From the NCBI RefSeq assembly GCF_018977255.1, contig NW_024704742.1, positions 5,210,001 to 5,274,000 of the forward strand: DNA of 64,000 nucleotides, written 5' to 3'. This stretch comes from Callorhinchus milii. Taxonomy: Eukaryota. The notes below the pieces were generated by a model that was not told the DNA's origin, did no database searches, and worked only from the letters and a program-made list of their open reading frames with translations. The position numbers and the translations under genes were made by a program. Shown piece by piece: positions 51,301 to 62,958 of the stretch. Each line of letters starts with the position of its first letter. Position 1 is the stretch's first letter.

Positions 51301-52504
51301 GTAATGTTTAGGTATAGTAGTAATCACAAGAATCCTTGCATTTGGTACAGCGCCTTATCACGTTCGTCAAGACGTCACCAAGTGCTTCACAGAATATACT
51401 GTAAAGTGAATTGACTTTATATTTTGTGGGCAAAATGTACCAGTTTATACAGAATTGAAAGTGGGTCTATTTTCAAAACATTTTATTGAGCTTGGGCACT
51501 TTTTTTGAACACATGCACATACCGGCTGCATTGAAGTACGCATGCGCACTGTGGATTATTGATTCAATCGGATTTTATACGATTTATACAGTTTGTCTGA
51601 GACTCGGACTTTGCGTAAATCATCTTTAATGTTATGGTCCTGACTGATTTGACTTATGAGTTTTACAGTGTAACAGTTCTGTTCTAAATATTGGTGTCCA
51701 GCTTATTTGAAAATTGTACTTCTCATTCAATTTGATTTTTTTTTAGCTGCTGCAACAATTCAGACAAAATAACTGTTGCATTGGTTCAAATGTCTGTTGA
51801 AAACTTGTTTTCAAATTTGTTCGTGCATACTTTTCACTTTGTAAAACTTTCAGAGGATAACACACATGTAAAAATACTTTTAAAAAAACTGTACATTTAA
51901 AATAGAACTGATTTATCCACAATTTTTTTTGATAACAGTGTTTCTACATCAGGAAGATGTCTCAAGAGCTTCACAGGATACACTGTGTATCTTGTGGGTG
52001 AATATGGCAGCCAAATTGAACAAGGCAACCTCCCACAAACAGCCATGAAGTGAATGACCAGTTTTATTTGTGGGATTGTTGGCCAGGACACCCAGAACAA
52101 TTCCCTTCTCCAATGAAACAACATTGACCTTTCATGAGGGTGAAGGGCAAGCGATGTGGGTCAGGTTAACTGGCAACCCACGGTGACAACCTGGTATAAA
52201 TTAGATGCATATTTGCGAAGCTTATCTCAGATTTAACTAGGGTTTCATTTGAATTATGGATCTGTAAGAACTTGTGAGGTTAAATGTGCTGGACTCAGCT
52301 GCTCCCAATGCTGTGCTGTCGAAACATCTGTAGAGTTGGTGACATCTGTAGAGTTGGTGAAGGATGCGTGTCGGGACTTACAAACTCAGGTAGTTTTACC
52401 TCGTGGACTCCAGGAGATGCCAGAGATTTGTGAAGCTGTCCCAGGGAAGAAATGGAGGGCAAAGAGAGAAGCAGAAATAGACTGATTAGTAACAAATACA
52501 GATA

Positions 52505-52762
52505 CAACAACAACAACAAGATTCCATTTATAAAGCGCCTTTCACGTCAGGAGGACGTTCCAAGGCGCTGCACAGTTGGGTCATGACCCGAGCATTGGGG
52601 GGAAATGGTCAGGGTGAGGGGAGGGAGGGAGCGAGTTGGGGGGAAATGGTCAGGGTGAGGGGAGGGGAGGGAGGGAGCGAGGAGGGGGGAAATGGTCAGG
52701 GTGAGGGGAGGGAAGGGAGGGAGCGAGGAGGGGGAAGAGAAGAGAGTCGAGAGAGTCGAGAT
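52505..52762 (-). mobile_element. Young L2 3' UTR copy in the COPRS intron
   Basis: Near-identical reverse complement of 54149-54347, with a (CAA)n tail on the + strand. Confidence 0.9.
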
Positions 52763-53509
52763 AGGAAAGGATACTAAAGAGGAAGAGCTGAGAAACACCG
52801 CCAATAGGAGGTAGATTTGGGGTCAGATGCTATTTTGCCGAGTTATTACATTGTGCAGTCTGCACAGTATTAACCCAGTTAATGATGCCTGGCTTGTGGA
52901 GAAGTTCTCTTCAGATGAAACTGAGGTATCTGGCTTGAGGATGTCCAACTAACTTGCGTCCAACTAACTTGCATCCAACGTTGGTTTTAACTGAAGTAGA
53001 TGCCTTTCATCATGCCAGGAACATACGAATTTGCTGGCGAAAGAAGACCAAGGTCCATCTCGTTCGCCTTCCACCATCCTGGCAGTCGCTTGACATGTTG
53101 TGTCCAAAACTATATACTGTATCCCAAGATACAGTAAAGCCAAGACTTTTTTTGGGAGGAGTCATTTTTTTTTGAAAAAAAAACCCAAAATATGATTTAA
53201 AAACATTTACATATTCGTGTCTGTGTAAACTACTAATTCTGGTTCAGTTTTTACCTTGGCCATTTCTGAAATTTGCATTTGCACTTACTGGAAGGCATGT
53301 TCACACCCTCTCTCTCTCTTTCTCTCTCACAGAGACATGCACTCTCTCTCTCTCTTTCTCTCTATCTCTCCCTCCCCTGTGGAACGGAGGGGAACCTTGT
53401 CCTGAATTTACCTTTTTTTTAAAAAAAATGCATACACCCAACATTTTTTTATGGCTTGTAAGTCAAAAAAAAAATGCTGATTTCTTAACTGCTTTGTTTC
53501 CTTTTGCAG

Positions 53510-53679
53510 ATGAGGACGATTTAGAGATATTCTTCCGAGCAGGGTGTTCCCAAGTACAGCCCATTTTTCAAGATGAGAAGATTTACAACCCCAGCTGTGA
53601 TCACGCTCCCTCATTAACAACCGGTGTTATAGAAATCCCTTTAGTCCAGGGACAGTTCGAAGACGCTGATGAAAAGTAG
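53510..53679 (+). CDS. COPRS: COPRS orthologue, last coding exon
   Basis: Acceptor tttccttttgcag|AT is phase-compatible with the previous exon (G+AT=Asp). It encodes DEDDLEIFFRAGCSQVQPIFQDEKIYNPSCDHAPSLTTGVIEIPLVQGQFEDADEK-stop. IYNPSCDHAPSL and GQFEDAD match the recalled human COPRS IYDPSWHHPPPL and GQFDDAED. Confidence 0.9.
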
Positions 53680-53729
53680 AAGCCATTTATATTTTTGACA
53701 TTCATTTCTTGGATGTTTCATAGTGTTAT

Positions 53730-53735
53730 AATAAA
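53730..53735 (+). terminator. Candidate polyadenylation signal of COPRS
   Basis: AATAAA 51 nt after the stop codon, with T/GT-rich sequence further downstream. Confidence 0.5.
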
Positions 53736-53813
53736 ATGGACTTAATGTTTAAAGTCTGCTACTCACCTTTTTTGCTCTGTGGTTTGCCACGATGATCACT
53801 ATTTAGACTATTA

Positions 53814-54347
53814 CCCTCCTACCCTCGCTCGCCTCCACTGGCTCCCCATCCCCCAGAGGATCGAATTCAAGATCCTCATCCTCACCTACAAGGCCATTCA
53901 CGGCCTTGCTCCCTCCTACCTCTCCAACCTACTATCCCCCTACCTGCCTGCCCGTACCCTCCGTTCCTCTGGCTCCGGTCTGCTCCACGTCCCCCGCCCC
54001 AACCGCCCTACTATCGGTGGTCGGGCCTTCAGCCTCTCAGCCCCGAGGCTCTGGAACTCCATCCCCCAGTGCCTTCGCCTTGCTTCCTCCCTTTCCTCCT
54101 TCAAGGCCGGTCTCAAAACCTTTCTCTTTGACCGAGCCTTCAGCTCCCCTCTCGACTCTCTTCCTCCTCCTCGCTCCCTCCCTTCCCTCCCCTCACCCTG
54201 ACCATTTCCCCCTCCTCTCTCCCTCCCTTCCCTCCCCTCACCCTGACCATTTCCCCCTGCTCGGGTCATGACCCAACTGTGCAGCGCCTTGGGACGTCCT
54301 CCTGACGTGAAAGGCGCTCTATAAATGGAATCTTGTTGTTGTTGTTG
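53814..54347 (+). mobile_element. Young L2 LINE 3' end (5'-truncated)
   Basis: Uninterrupted L2 ORF2 C-terminus LHWLPIPQRIEFKILILTYKAIHGLAPSYL..GGRAFSLSAPRLWNSIP..SFKAGLKTFLF, then 3' UTR and a (TTG)n tail. Confidence 0.92.
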
Positions 54348-54704
54348 TGTTGTATTATGTTTAATCGTGATCTCTTTATAGAACCTAACTCCGACATTTC
54401 AGTTTTAATATTAAACTATAATGGCAGATTATAGAAACTATGCTGACGATGTGATATTCTGCAAAAGCAAGGTCTGAATTCACTAAACAGGAATGTACAA
54501 TTAAAGTTAATGTGAATGATGAATGTTAATAAAAATGTATATAATAATCATTACAATTGTATAGCGCCTTATCACGTCGAGACGATTCAGTGTGCTTGAC
54601 AGGATGTACCGTAAAGTGGATTGAGTGCATTTTGTGGGCAAAACACGGCAACCAGTTTGCCCACAGCAATGTCCCACAAATAGCTATGCCCCGTATCCCT
54701 TGAT

Positions 54705-55195
54705 ACCCCTACCTAATGCAATCTTAGTGGTTAAAGGAAGTGAGATGACCTGGGTTCAATACCCGGGCAGGGCGAAACGTTGGGCAAGTGTCCTTACTCC
54801 ACACGCCTATGTTTACCTAGCAGTAAGCAAGAACCCGGTTGTTGGCGGATCGCTTCTCCAAGGGTAATAATCCCTACAATTTTTAAAAACAGGAAATTCC
54901 TGTGTTTGGAATGAAATGCACAATCCTCACTCCACACCCCTCTGTTTATCTAGCGGTACGTAGGGACCCGGGTTGTTAGTCATTTAGCGGATCGCTTTCC
55001 GGGGATAACAATCCCTTCAAAAGACGAATAAATAAATAATTGGTCACTCAATCCACGACTGTTTGTGGGACGCTGCTGTGCGCAATTGGCTGCCACGTTT
55101 CGCCCACAAAATATACAGTCAATTCACTTTTCTGTGAAGTGCTTTGAGACATCTTGGAAGATCGTGATAAGGCACTACATCAAATGCACGGATTA
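54705..55195 (+). mobile_element. Two tandem partial long-variant SINEs
   Basis: Head and middle (about 54705-54880), then a second middle, core and tail (about 54925-55195). Confidence 0.8.
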
Positions 55196-55636
55196 AAACG
55201 ATTTATTTTATTATAAATTACCCTCACAAACAAACGTTGCTGGCACGGTTTATATTATTACATGTTTATTTACAGATCATCCCATTCTTTGATTGTGTGG
55301 TCTCTCGAAGACGTGATAAGGAGCTATAGCAAATGCAAGGATAGTTTTTGCTTTATTATTGCTGTTTACGGGGCATTGCTAGCGCAGGCTGCCAACCCAA
55401 CCATCTTCACTCTCATTTCTAATCAAGTATTTTGTAAGGTTCTTCGAGATGTTTTTGTTTCACGTGAAAGATGCCGCATCAACGCAAGTCACAGTAGCGT
55501 AACGCGATAGATCAGAGGTGCTGTGTTAAAACCAAACTGCTGGTGAGAAATGGTCTCAGCACTCACCACCAGGAGCTGTACAAGAGCCATTCAGGCTACT
55601 TTCCCCTGTCACAGACTGCTTTACTCCACTCGAGCA

Positions 55637-55638
<2 letters not shown>

Positions 55639-55667
<29 letters not shown>
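55639..55667. repeat. (CT)n microsatellite
   Basis: Directly visible. Confidence 0.95.
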
Positions 55668-55669
<2 letters not shown>

Positions 55670-55692
55670 GTGCAGCTGTTAAAATGAGTAAA

Positions 55693-55722
55693 GCTTCTCA
55701 GCCTTTTGGCTAAGATCAAGTG
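55693..55722 (+). pseudogene. U2 snRNA 5' fragment (about nt 4-33)
   Basis: GCTTCTCAGCCTTTTGGCTAAGATCAAGTG versus U2 GCTTCTCGGCCTTTTGGCTAAGATCAAGTG (29/30). Similarity stops abruptly before the branch-point recognition sequence is complete. Confidence 0.85.
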
Positions 55723-55940
55723 ATGTTTTAACTACTTGGTTATAGAAGTCGATCGATCCGGCGAAAGAGATCGTCTCGAGATGAACAACAATGACATCTC
55801 GCATTGATACAGCGCCCTTCGTCCGGGGTAGCCTCCCGGAGCGCTCGACAGTGGCGGAGTCTGACTCCGAGCCAGGTGGGAGAGAGGGGAGGCGGGAAGT
55901 GATCGTAAGCGCCATCAAAAACAACCCGCAGCTCCGTTAC

Positions 55941-56240
55941 TGATGATGATGATGATAATAATAATAATAATTCTTGCATTTGATATAGTTCTTCGTCAGG
56001 TCGTCGGGACGTCTCAAAGCGCTTCACAGGATATATTGTGAAGTGGATTGACTTGTGCTTTTTGTGGGCAAAACGGGGCACCCATTTGCGCTCAGCAGCG
56101 TCCCACAAACAGTCGCGGATTGATTGAGTGACCAAATTGTTGTTGTTATTTTTGGAGGGATTATTACCCCCAGAAAGGGATCCGCCAATTAACTAACAAC
56201 CGGGTTCCTACTGACTGCGAGATAAACAGGCGTGTGGAGT
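55941..56240 (-). mobile_element. tRNA-derived SINE, headless long variant
   Basis: Middle, core and (ATT)n/(ATC)n tail. Confidence 0.85.
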
Positions 56241-58445
56241 GGAAATGGCGTCTGTCTATCTTCTGGTGCTTTCAGGGTCGGGACTATGGTCATGTCATCG
56301 GTGCTCTTGATGTAATGTCAAGATACTGAGGCTGTGTAAATGGCGTATTTATGCGATTGGGACTAATTCAGAAAAGGAGGGAGGTTCCCCATCGTAGAAC
56401 CACAGGGGGAAAAATAACTCCTGTTGCAAGGCTATCATTTGTATTATTCTGTGCTCCTTAAAGAACCGCCCACATCTTAAATGGTTAAAATTAAACGCAT
56501 TTGAAGCTCATTGCCTTTAGCTGGGCAAAAGTGATGTGAAGGCAAACAAATAGGAGATACGTGGGAATATATTAATAATTATTAATACAGTAATAATAAA
56601 CCTTGCATTTGTTTAAGAGCCTTTTATGTTGGGAGGACATTTAAAACGCCTGACAGGATTTACTGCGTATTTTGTAGGCAAAGTGACAAGCGGAATCCAC
56701 AGCCTAAAATATATAAATACTCCCATTTAGCTATGCAGTCACAAGGTGTTCTTACAATGATAAACAGTTCAGCTGCCAACTTAAGTGGTTTCCTATGTGA
56801 TCTCACATGACCCGTGATCTCCGCTGGGACCGCCGCAGAACACCAGTTCTGAAAAGGCATATATTGTACTGTACAGCCCACAGCGCAGACACACCACTGG
56901 TCTGAGAGACTGCCTCTTTCAGGACTTAAAACGTAGAATCTGCGGGCATGAATTTCACTGGATTTGCAAACCAGAAGTTAACGCGATTAACACAAAAATT
57001 CTGGTTGCGAACGTTGAACATGGATCTGATCCGCTATTCGTTTTGATGTCAATCGGATTCAGAAATTTGATGGGCGCGAATCCTTTGCCAGGACTTTAAG
57101 CTCATGTTCTCGGCCAGAGTAGCCCAACCCATCAAACCAGGCACCTGGCATTTCTTTTTTCAATGTGATCTCACGGAGCGAAAAAATAGATCTGAACTTC
57201 CACGAATCCCTGCCAGAACCCCACGCTGTCCTTCTCACTGAGGCGTCGCTTTCAGTTCGCCAGCCGACCTCTCCAATCTTGCTTGCAACCAAAAAAAAAA
57301 AACAATCTCCGTAACAGAACGCTTGAGGGTAGGTTCTGCCCTATTCCCAAAGTTATATTCTTGGTTCAGGTGATATCATTGCATGTTGGTTGCCACCACT
57401 ACTCGAAATAGCTGGGTTTAAGCAGCAGGTGGAATGACCTTTGCAACAGATAGAATAACAGTTGGCTTCAGATGATGGTGGTGCGCGTGGTTTTGTGAGC
57501 ATCATATGAAGACACGAGACTGTTACACCATTGCAGCTGTTATTTTAATAGCGTGAGTGACCATGATATCATGAAAGGTTCTGAAGCTGTCCGCTGGCAT
57601 GGTTTTCAGGGAGAATGCTTGCTGACAAAATGGACTCCTAACAACAGCGAGAAGCAACTGCACTGAAGATATGACCCCGTGGTTAAGAGGGTAGAAAGAA
57701 TTAGAGAGATTGGACTGCGGTAACGTGTCCATCACAATCCCCAACCATCTCATCCATGCTCTTAGGGTTCCTGCTTCAGCGAACGAGGTCTGAAGACCCC
57801 ATCGTCCTAGTCTCATCACCTATGTCTTAAAATCTGAGATTTTTGTAGAACTTTGCAAAGTTCTTCAATTCAGTCTTAGTCCTTCCGAAAAACAAGATAC
57901 ATATTCAGTTGACTTTAATTCAACATGAAAGAATTTTCCAAAATATCACATGCTAAGTGTTTAAGGCAATGGTTTCAACGCCAAGAGAAATGTCAGGCCT
58001 GTGAGAGTAAACTGCAACCGGAGGCAGTGTTTTAGGTAGCATCACTGTCTAGAGTAAACTGATGCATTCAGAAGTGGTATACAAAGCTCTGATCCTAGTT
58101 TGAGGATGGACGTGCAGCTGAAACAGCTCTTGAGTTCCTTTCGTAATTCTAAATCAAAAATAATCCTTCCATTGGATTTACTGCGAAGTTCAGTGACTGT
58201 TTTGTAGGTGAACGTGACAGACATTTTGCACGCAGCAATGTTCCACGAAGTGAATGACCGAATCTATCTGGCCAAGTCACTTCTCCTTTAGAATTAAGGC
58301 CACTTCAATGTCCACCTGAACAGGTAGGTGGGATCTCAGTTTAACATCTAGATTTCCTGTTTGCTCGTCTAATGCGGTGTTGTTATTCTATTCAGTTCCA
58401 GGATTTACCGAAAGCAACAGAATCTTCCTCTTTGTTTGCTGTTGT

Positions 58446-58818
58446 GGAAACCTGTAGCCCAGTTGTTAGAGCACTCGCCTCGCAAGTGAGAGAACTGGGT
58501 TCGATTCCCGGGCAGGGCAAAATGTTGGGCGAGTTTCCTTACTCCGCACACCTCTGTTTATCTAGCAGTAAATAGGAACCCAATCCGTCAATTGGCGGAT
58601 CACTTTTCCGGGCGTAATAATACCTTCAAAATAATAATAATAATAATAAATTGGTCACTTCAATCCACCACTGTTTGTGGGACGCTGCTGTGCGCAATTG
58701 TCTGCCGCATTTCGCCCACAAAATATACAGTCAATTCACTTTACAGTATACTCTGTGAAGGGCTTTGAGACGTCTCGAAGACGTGATAAGGCGCTATATC
58801 AAATGCAAGGAATATTAT
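58446..58818 (+). mobile_element. tRNA-derived SINE, long variant
   Basis: Head, middle, core and tail. Confidence 0.9.
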
Positions 58819-59289
58819 CAGTATCATCTGGAGCTGTTCACAATGTGATACATTTTGATCTGATTTCTTACATATCTATCTCACTGATGCTGTCCGTGGA
58901 ATTACTGATCAGAAAACTGATGTGGGCCGCTGAAACAGATCGCTGGCCAATACATCTGCTTCTAATCTGCCAGAAACCCCAACAGCTAGCATTTCACATT
59001 GGACAGTGGGCCTCACAAGCAGCGAAGTGCTGATTGTGTTTTGGAAAACGTGGCTAGAAACTGGCATTTGAACTTCGACAATTCAAATTTCCACAGATGG
59101 GGGAAACCAAGAGAAATATGTATATTAAATGCCAAAGAAGCAGGAGAGGATCAATTTAAGCTATGATTTTAGTGTATTTTTCAAACCTCCGTTCATTTCT
59201 TTAAAGCTCAGGAGAAAAATCATACGCCAATTATCAACAAATTGCATTTACAGCAACTTGCATTCAATACAACGCACCTTGGAGCACTT

Positions 59290-59800
59290 CAAATTTATTT
59301 AGTGCCTTTCATGTTGGGAGACATCCCAAGGCTAGACAGTCGAGGGATTTCACTCGAGCTGGGGGTTGGATTTCGAGAGGGATGGGGGTCAAGGGAAGTT
59401 GGGATGGGAGGAGGGAAGAGGACCGAAGAGGAAGGTCTTGAGATGGACCTTGAAGGAGGCAAGGGAGTAGGAGAAGTGAAGAGAGAGCAGGGGCAGAAAG
59501 ACTGAAAGCCCGACTGCCTATGGTGGGATGAAGGACGTGAAGCTGGCCAGTGTCTGCCGAGCAGAGGGAGTGGGCAGGTTGGTAGGACTTTAAAAGGTCG
59601 CAGAAGTAGGTTGGGGCAAGATGATGAAGGGATTTAAAAGTGAAGGTGAAGATCTTGAACTCAATCCTCTGGAGGGTATGGAGGCAGTGGAGCTGGACAA
59701 GGATGGGGGTGATAGGGTCACAGAGCCTAGTGCAGGATAGGACATGAGCTGGAGAGTTCTAGATGGTCTGCCGCTTGCTAAGGGAAGAGTTGCAAAGTCC
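59290..59800 (-). mobile_element. L2 3' fragment
   Basis: Similar to the other minus-strand L2 ends (gaggaaggtcttgagatggaccttgaaggaggcaaggga). Confidence 0.75.
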
Positions 59801-60952
59801 GGTGAGCAGAGAGTTGGTGTTGTCTGGCCGAGACATGATAAGTGGACATCGTATGGAAGAACTTTTATTTTAGGTAAAATCCAACATTGTGATTTTTGTT
59901 TTAGGCACTGATTGTGTCCCAAAAATCTGTAACTCCTTTTCCTCACATAGTTTGATTCCTTCACGCACTATGGGGTGAAGTGTGATGTGATGATTATCAC
60001 TGTAATATTCTCACGTCATTGAAAATTCCACTCTTGTTGAGCCTAAATCAATATCTGCTGAACTCTCCCCTGACTTTTCAATGCAATCTGTTGGCTCGAA
60101 TAATATGCATTCAATTCACTTGTATACCCTTGTGAAGCACATGTGAGACGTCTCGAAGACGTGATAAGGCCCTATATCAAATGCAAGGATTATTATTCAA
60201 AACAGATGAACTTTTGCCCAAAATAGGGTGCCTGAAATATTTGACACTCTAAGGCAATTAGTCTGTCTGCTCATATCTGGATGATTAAGTAGTGAAAGCT
60301 GGATCTTGGTTTCTAAGAATGATTGCAGTGTGCCCAAGTAGTGAGATTCGCGTCTCATTCCTTTCATAGTTCACACATTTCATGCTGAGCTGTGTTGCTC
60401 ACTGGGAAGCTCACAGGAAGTTCTAGGCTCCTGCTATCCATCTCGTGTGGTCTCAAACCTGTGCTTATTAGATAACCAACGAGTAACTATGCTTGGAGAG
60501 AGGGAAGCAGGGTCTGCTTGGGGCTGAGCTGGCTCCAAGGTGTTTTGCAATGGAATTTCGGAATCGAATCGACCTTCTGCGGCTGTCTCAGCAGTCTGTT
60601 TCCTGAGCGAGTCAGTACTGATGTCGTACTCCAGGGCACAACTGATGACAGACCAGTCAGCGTATCAGTATGTGTTACGTCCCACGTTGTGGATGTTTTT
60701 TCTCAGTTGTTTGCCACTGGTGGAAGTAAAAGAAGACGGCTCCTTATTTTAACTTGAGAAGGATTTTAAAGTCAAGGTAAGGAAAGAGCTGAGTTGAGAA
60801 ATGAAACGTTTTCCCCAACTTCTGCCCATTCCAAGTGCCATTCCAAACCTGTCACCCGGAACTCCATTCTGCAGTCCCTCCGCCTCGCCCCCTCCCTTGC
60901 CTCCTTCAAGACCCATCTCAAGAACCATCTCTTCGACCGTGCCTTCGCTCAC

Positions 60953-61420
60953 CATGTTGGAAGGGAGAGGCTTTTAAGGACGAACATAGAAGGGAAAGGC
61001 AGGGCAAGGATGACAAAGGAGAAAATGGGGTACATTTTCCATTTTCTGCAGCTACAGCTCACATTTCCCTTCCTCCTCTTCTGTGACCATTATCACATCA
61101 TCTGGGACCCAGACACACCTTTCCTCTCACTGTTTTGTTCCAACCCCCCCTTTGTTTTGCATCATTAACATCTCTTTGACCCATCAATCCCTGTCCTCTA
61201 CCCCATTTTCTCCTTGGTCTTCTTTGCCCTGCCTCCCCCCCTCTCTCTGTTAGTCCTTAAAAGCCTCTCCCTCCCAACGTGCCCCAGTTCTGACGAAGGG
61301 TCGTGGACCCGAAATGTTGACTCACTTTCCTTTCTCCCTAGACGCTGCCTGACCTGCTGAGTGTCCCCAGCGACTTCTGTTTTTCTTGCAGATTTCCAGC
61401 AACTGCAGTATTTTGCATTT
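60953..61420 (+). mobile_element. Penelope-like element terminal (pLTR) fragment with inverted 5' arm
   Basis: Contains ctgacgaagggtc..gacccgaaa..gctgcctgacctgctgag, typical of fish and shark PLE-derived repeats. 60953-61032 is an inverted copy of 61199-61281. Confidence 0.7.
61286..61322 (+). ncRNA. Minimal type I hammerhead ribozyme motif
   Basis: AGTT-CTGACGA-A-GGGTC(GTG)GACCC-GAAA-TGTT-GACT: conserved CUGANGA and GAAA cores, a 5-bp stem II and stem I AGUU/GACU. Confidence 0.7.
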
Positions 61421-62663
61421 TGTCTAGAATCTCTAACGTTCAGCTGAAAAGTACTCAAGCGTGCCGAAACACTACCCACGTGAAGGGCATAATATCAATG
61501 CAAGTTGTTGTTGTTCAAACAGTAAGACTGGACCTTGGCCTAACATTTCATCCAAAGGACAGTCCTCCAATCATACAATGTCTGCCACAGTGGAATGTCT
61601 ACCTGGACTATGAGCTCCAGTCCTGGAATCCTCAACTCTCTGACCCACAGGTGATAACACCTCTTCTTATTGTGGCATGAATGATTCAATCTCTTATTTG
61701 CTATTATAGTTGCAAGTGCCTTCTCTGTACAGCTTGTACTGTATGAAAGATCTAATTGGGAGTATGTTTCTTGGATAATGTTTGCAGTTCTCAGGCAACA
61801 CGACCCGCAGTGTTTAATTGATGCAATTTGTTTAAGAGTTAGAACTGGTTGTGTTTTTCCCCTGCACCTTAGTAGTGGTCTGATTCCCTGTTAATGATTC
61901 TGGTGGAAGCCATTACCGACAGTCAATAATGTCAAGAAGTAGCTGGAAACTGGCAATAATTCTGCCACCATCACATTTATTACCCCCCCCACCCAAAAAA
62001 AAATGTTACTGCTGTTATTAAATCTGCCCAATTGCTAACACCCAATGCAACGACACTTTACAATGTTTCTGAGACACAGAAATAGTTTTCACACTTTAGT
62101 TCTCCTATTTTACAAGTGCCATGAAATTTCTCGTGGTCTGAGCCTTAAGAGCATTGCGTTTCAAATTTAAGAGAAATCTTCTAAGATTTAAGACGATGCA
62201 GAATTTTGGGAGCATCTTTAAATTCAGTTTTCGTTTGGAAGATGATTTGCTGCAACTCTTAAAAAAAGACTGTGGGAAAACTATCTTCCAAATTAGGGCT
62301 TAATTGGACACTTTTTCAAAATTCCCCATGAATGTAAATTTTTAAGACAACAGTCTCGAGGCTAACACCTTGAGAAACTTCGGGCTCTGGAAATCATGCA
62401 AATAAGACATTTTTCCAAGAGTTTAACACGTATCTGCCTACAACAACAACGTGCATTTTATTTGGCTTCATTTAGGGTGACATCTTGGCGAACATTACAG
62501 GGGGTGGGGGGTGAGATTTAAGAACAGGTAGAGAGGGGGATGAGGCCAGGAGAGGCAGAGGGGTAGCTCCGGGACACAAGGGGAGGGGCCTGCCTCGGTC
62601 AGGGGGGGAAGGGGCCTGCCTCTATAATGTCACCCCCTTCCCTCTCACGTCACCCCTGTTCCC

Positions 62664-62958
62664 TTTTTTTTGAAAATATATATTTATTTATAAATATAAT
62701 ATTTAGTCCAACAGAAATCCCAAACCAACACCACATCTTCTGTCCCAATTTCTGTTGCAGGCCCTCACCATCCCCTCGTTCTGCCAGAACACCCGGTTTC
62801 GGGAATGCCAAAGGGCCTCCGTTACCGAGTTTATGATCTTCCAGGCGCACTCGTTGTGGGTTTCGCTGTGAATGCCCGGGATGAGACCGAACAGCTCCGA
62901 GTGCCGTGACAGGGACGAACCGGGAGAGAATCCATTCCATCTTTTTCCCCCAAAATCC
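62664..62958 (-). mobile_element. Tx1-clade (L1 group) non-LTR retrotransposon 3' fragment
   Basis: Minus-strand translation with one frameshift: MEWILSRFVP../..LFGLIPGIHSETHNECAWKIINSVTEALWHSRNRVFWQ, like the C-terminus of Tx1 ORF2. Ends AATAAAtatatattttc(A)8. Confidence 0.75.

Noticed and set aside
53779..54201. 140-aa ORF next to COPRS
   Set aside because: L2 ORF2 C-terminus, not a host exon
59985..60063. Box C/D snoRNA-like GTGATGA..CTGA about 75 nt apart
   Set aside because: No convincing terminal stem or recognisable rRNA antisense element, and no sense-strand host intron evident
62664..62958. Link between the Tx1 fragment and the U2 fragment (Keno-type U2 targeting)
   Set aside because: They are 7 kb apart and neither flank of the Tx1 fragment is U2 sequence
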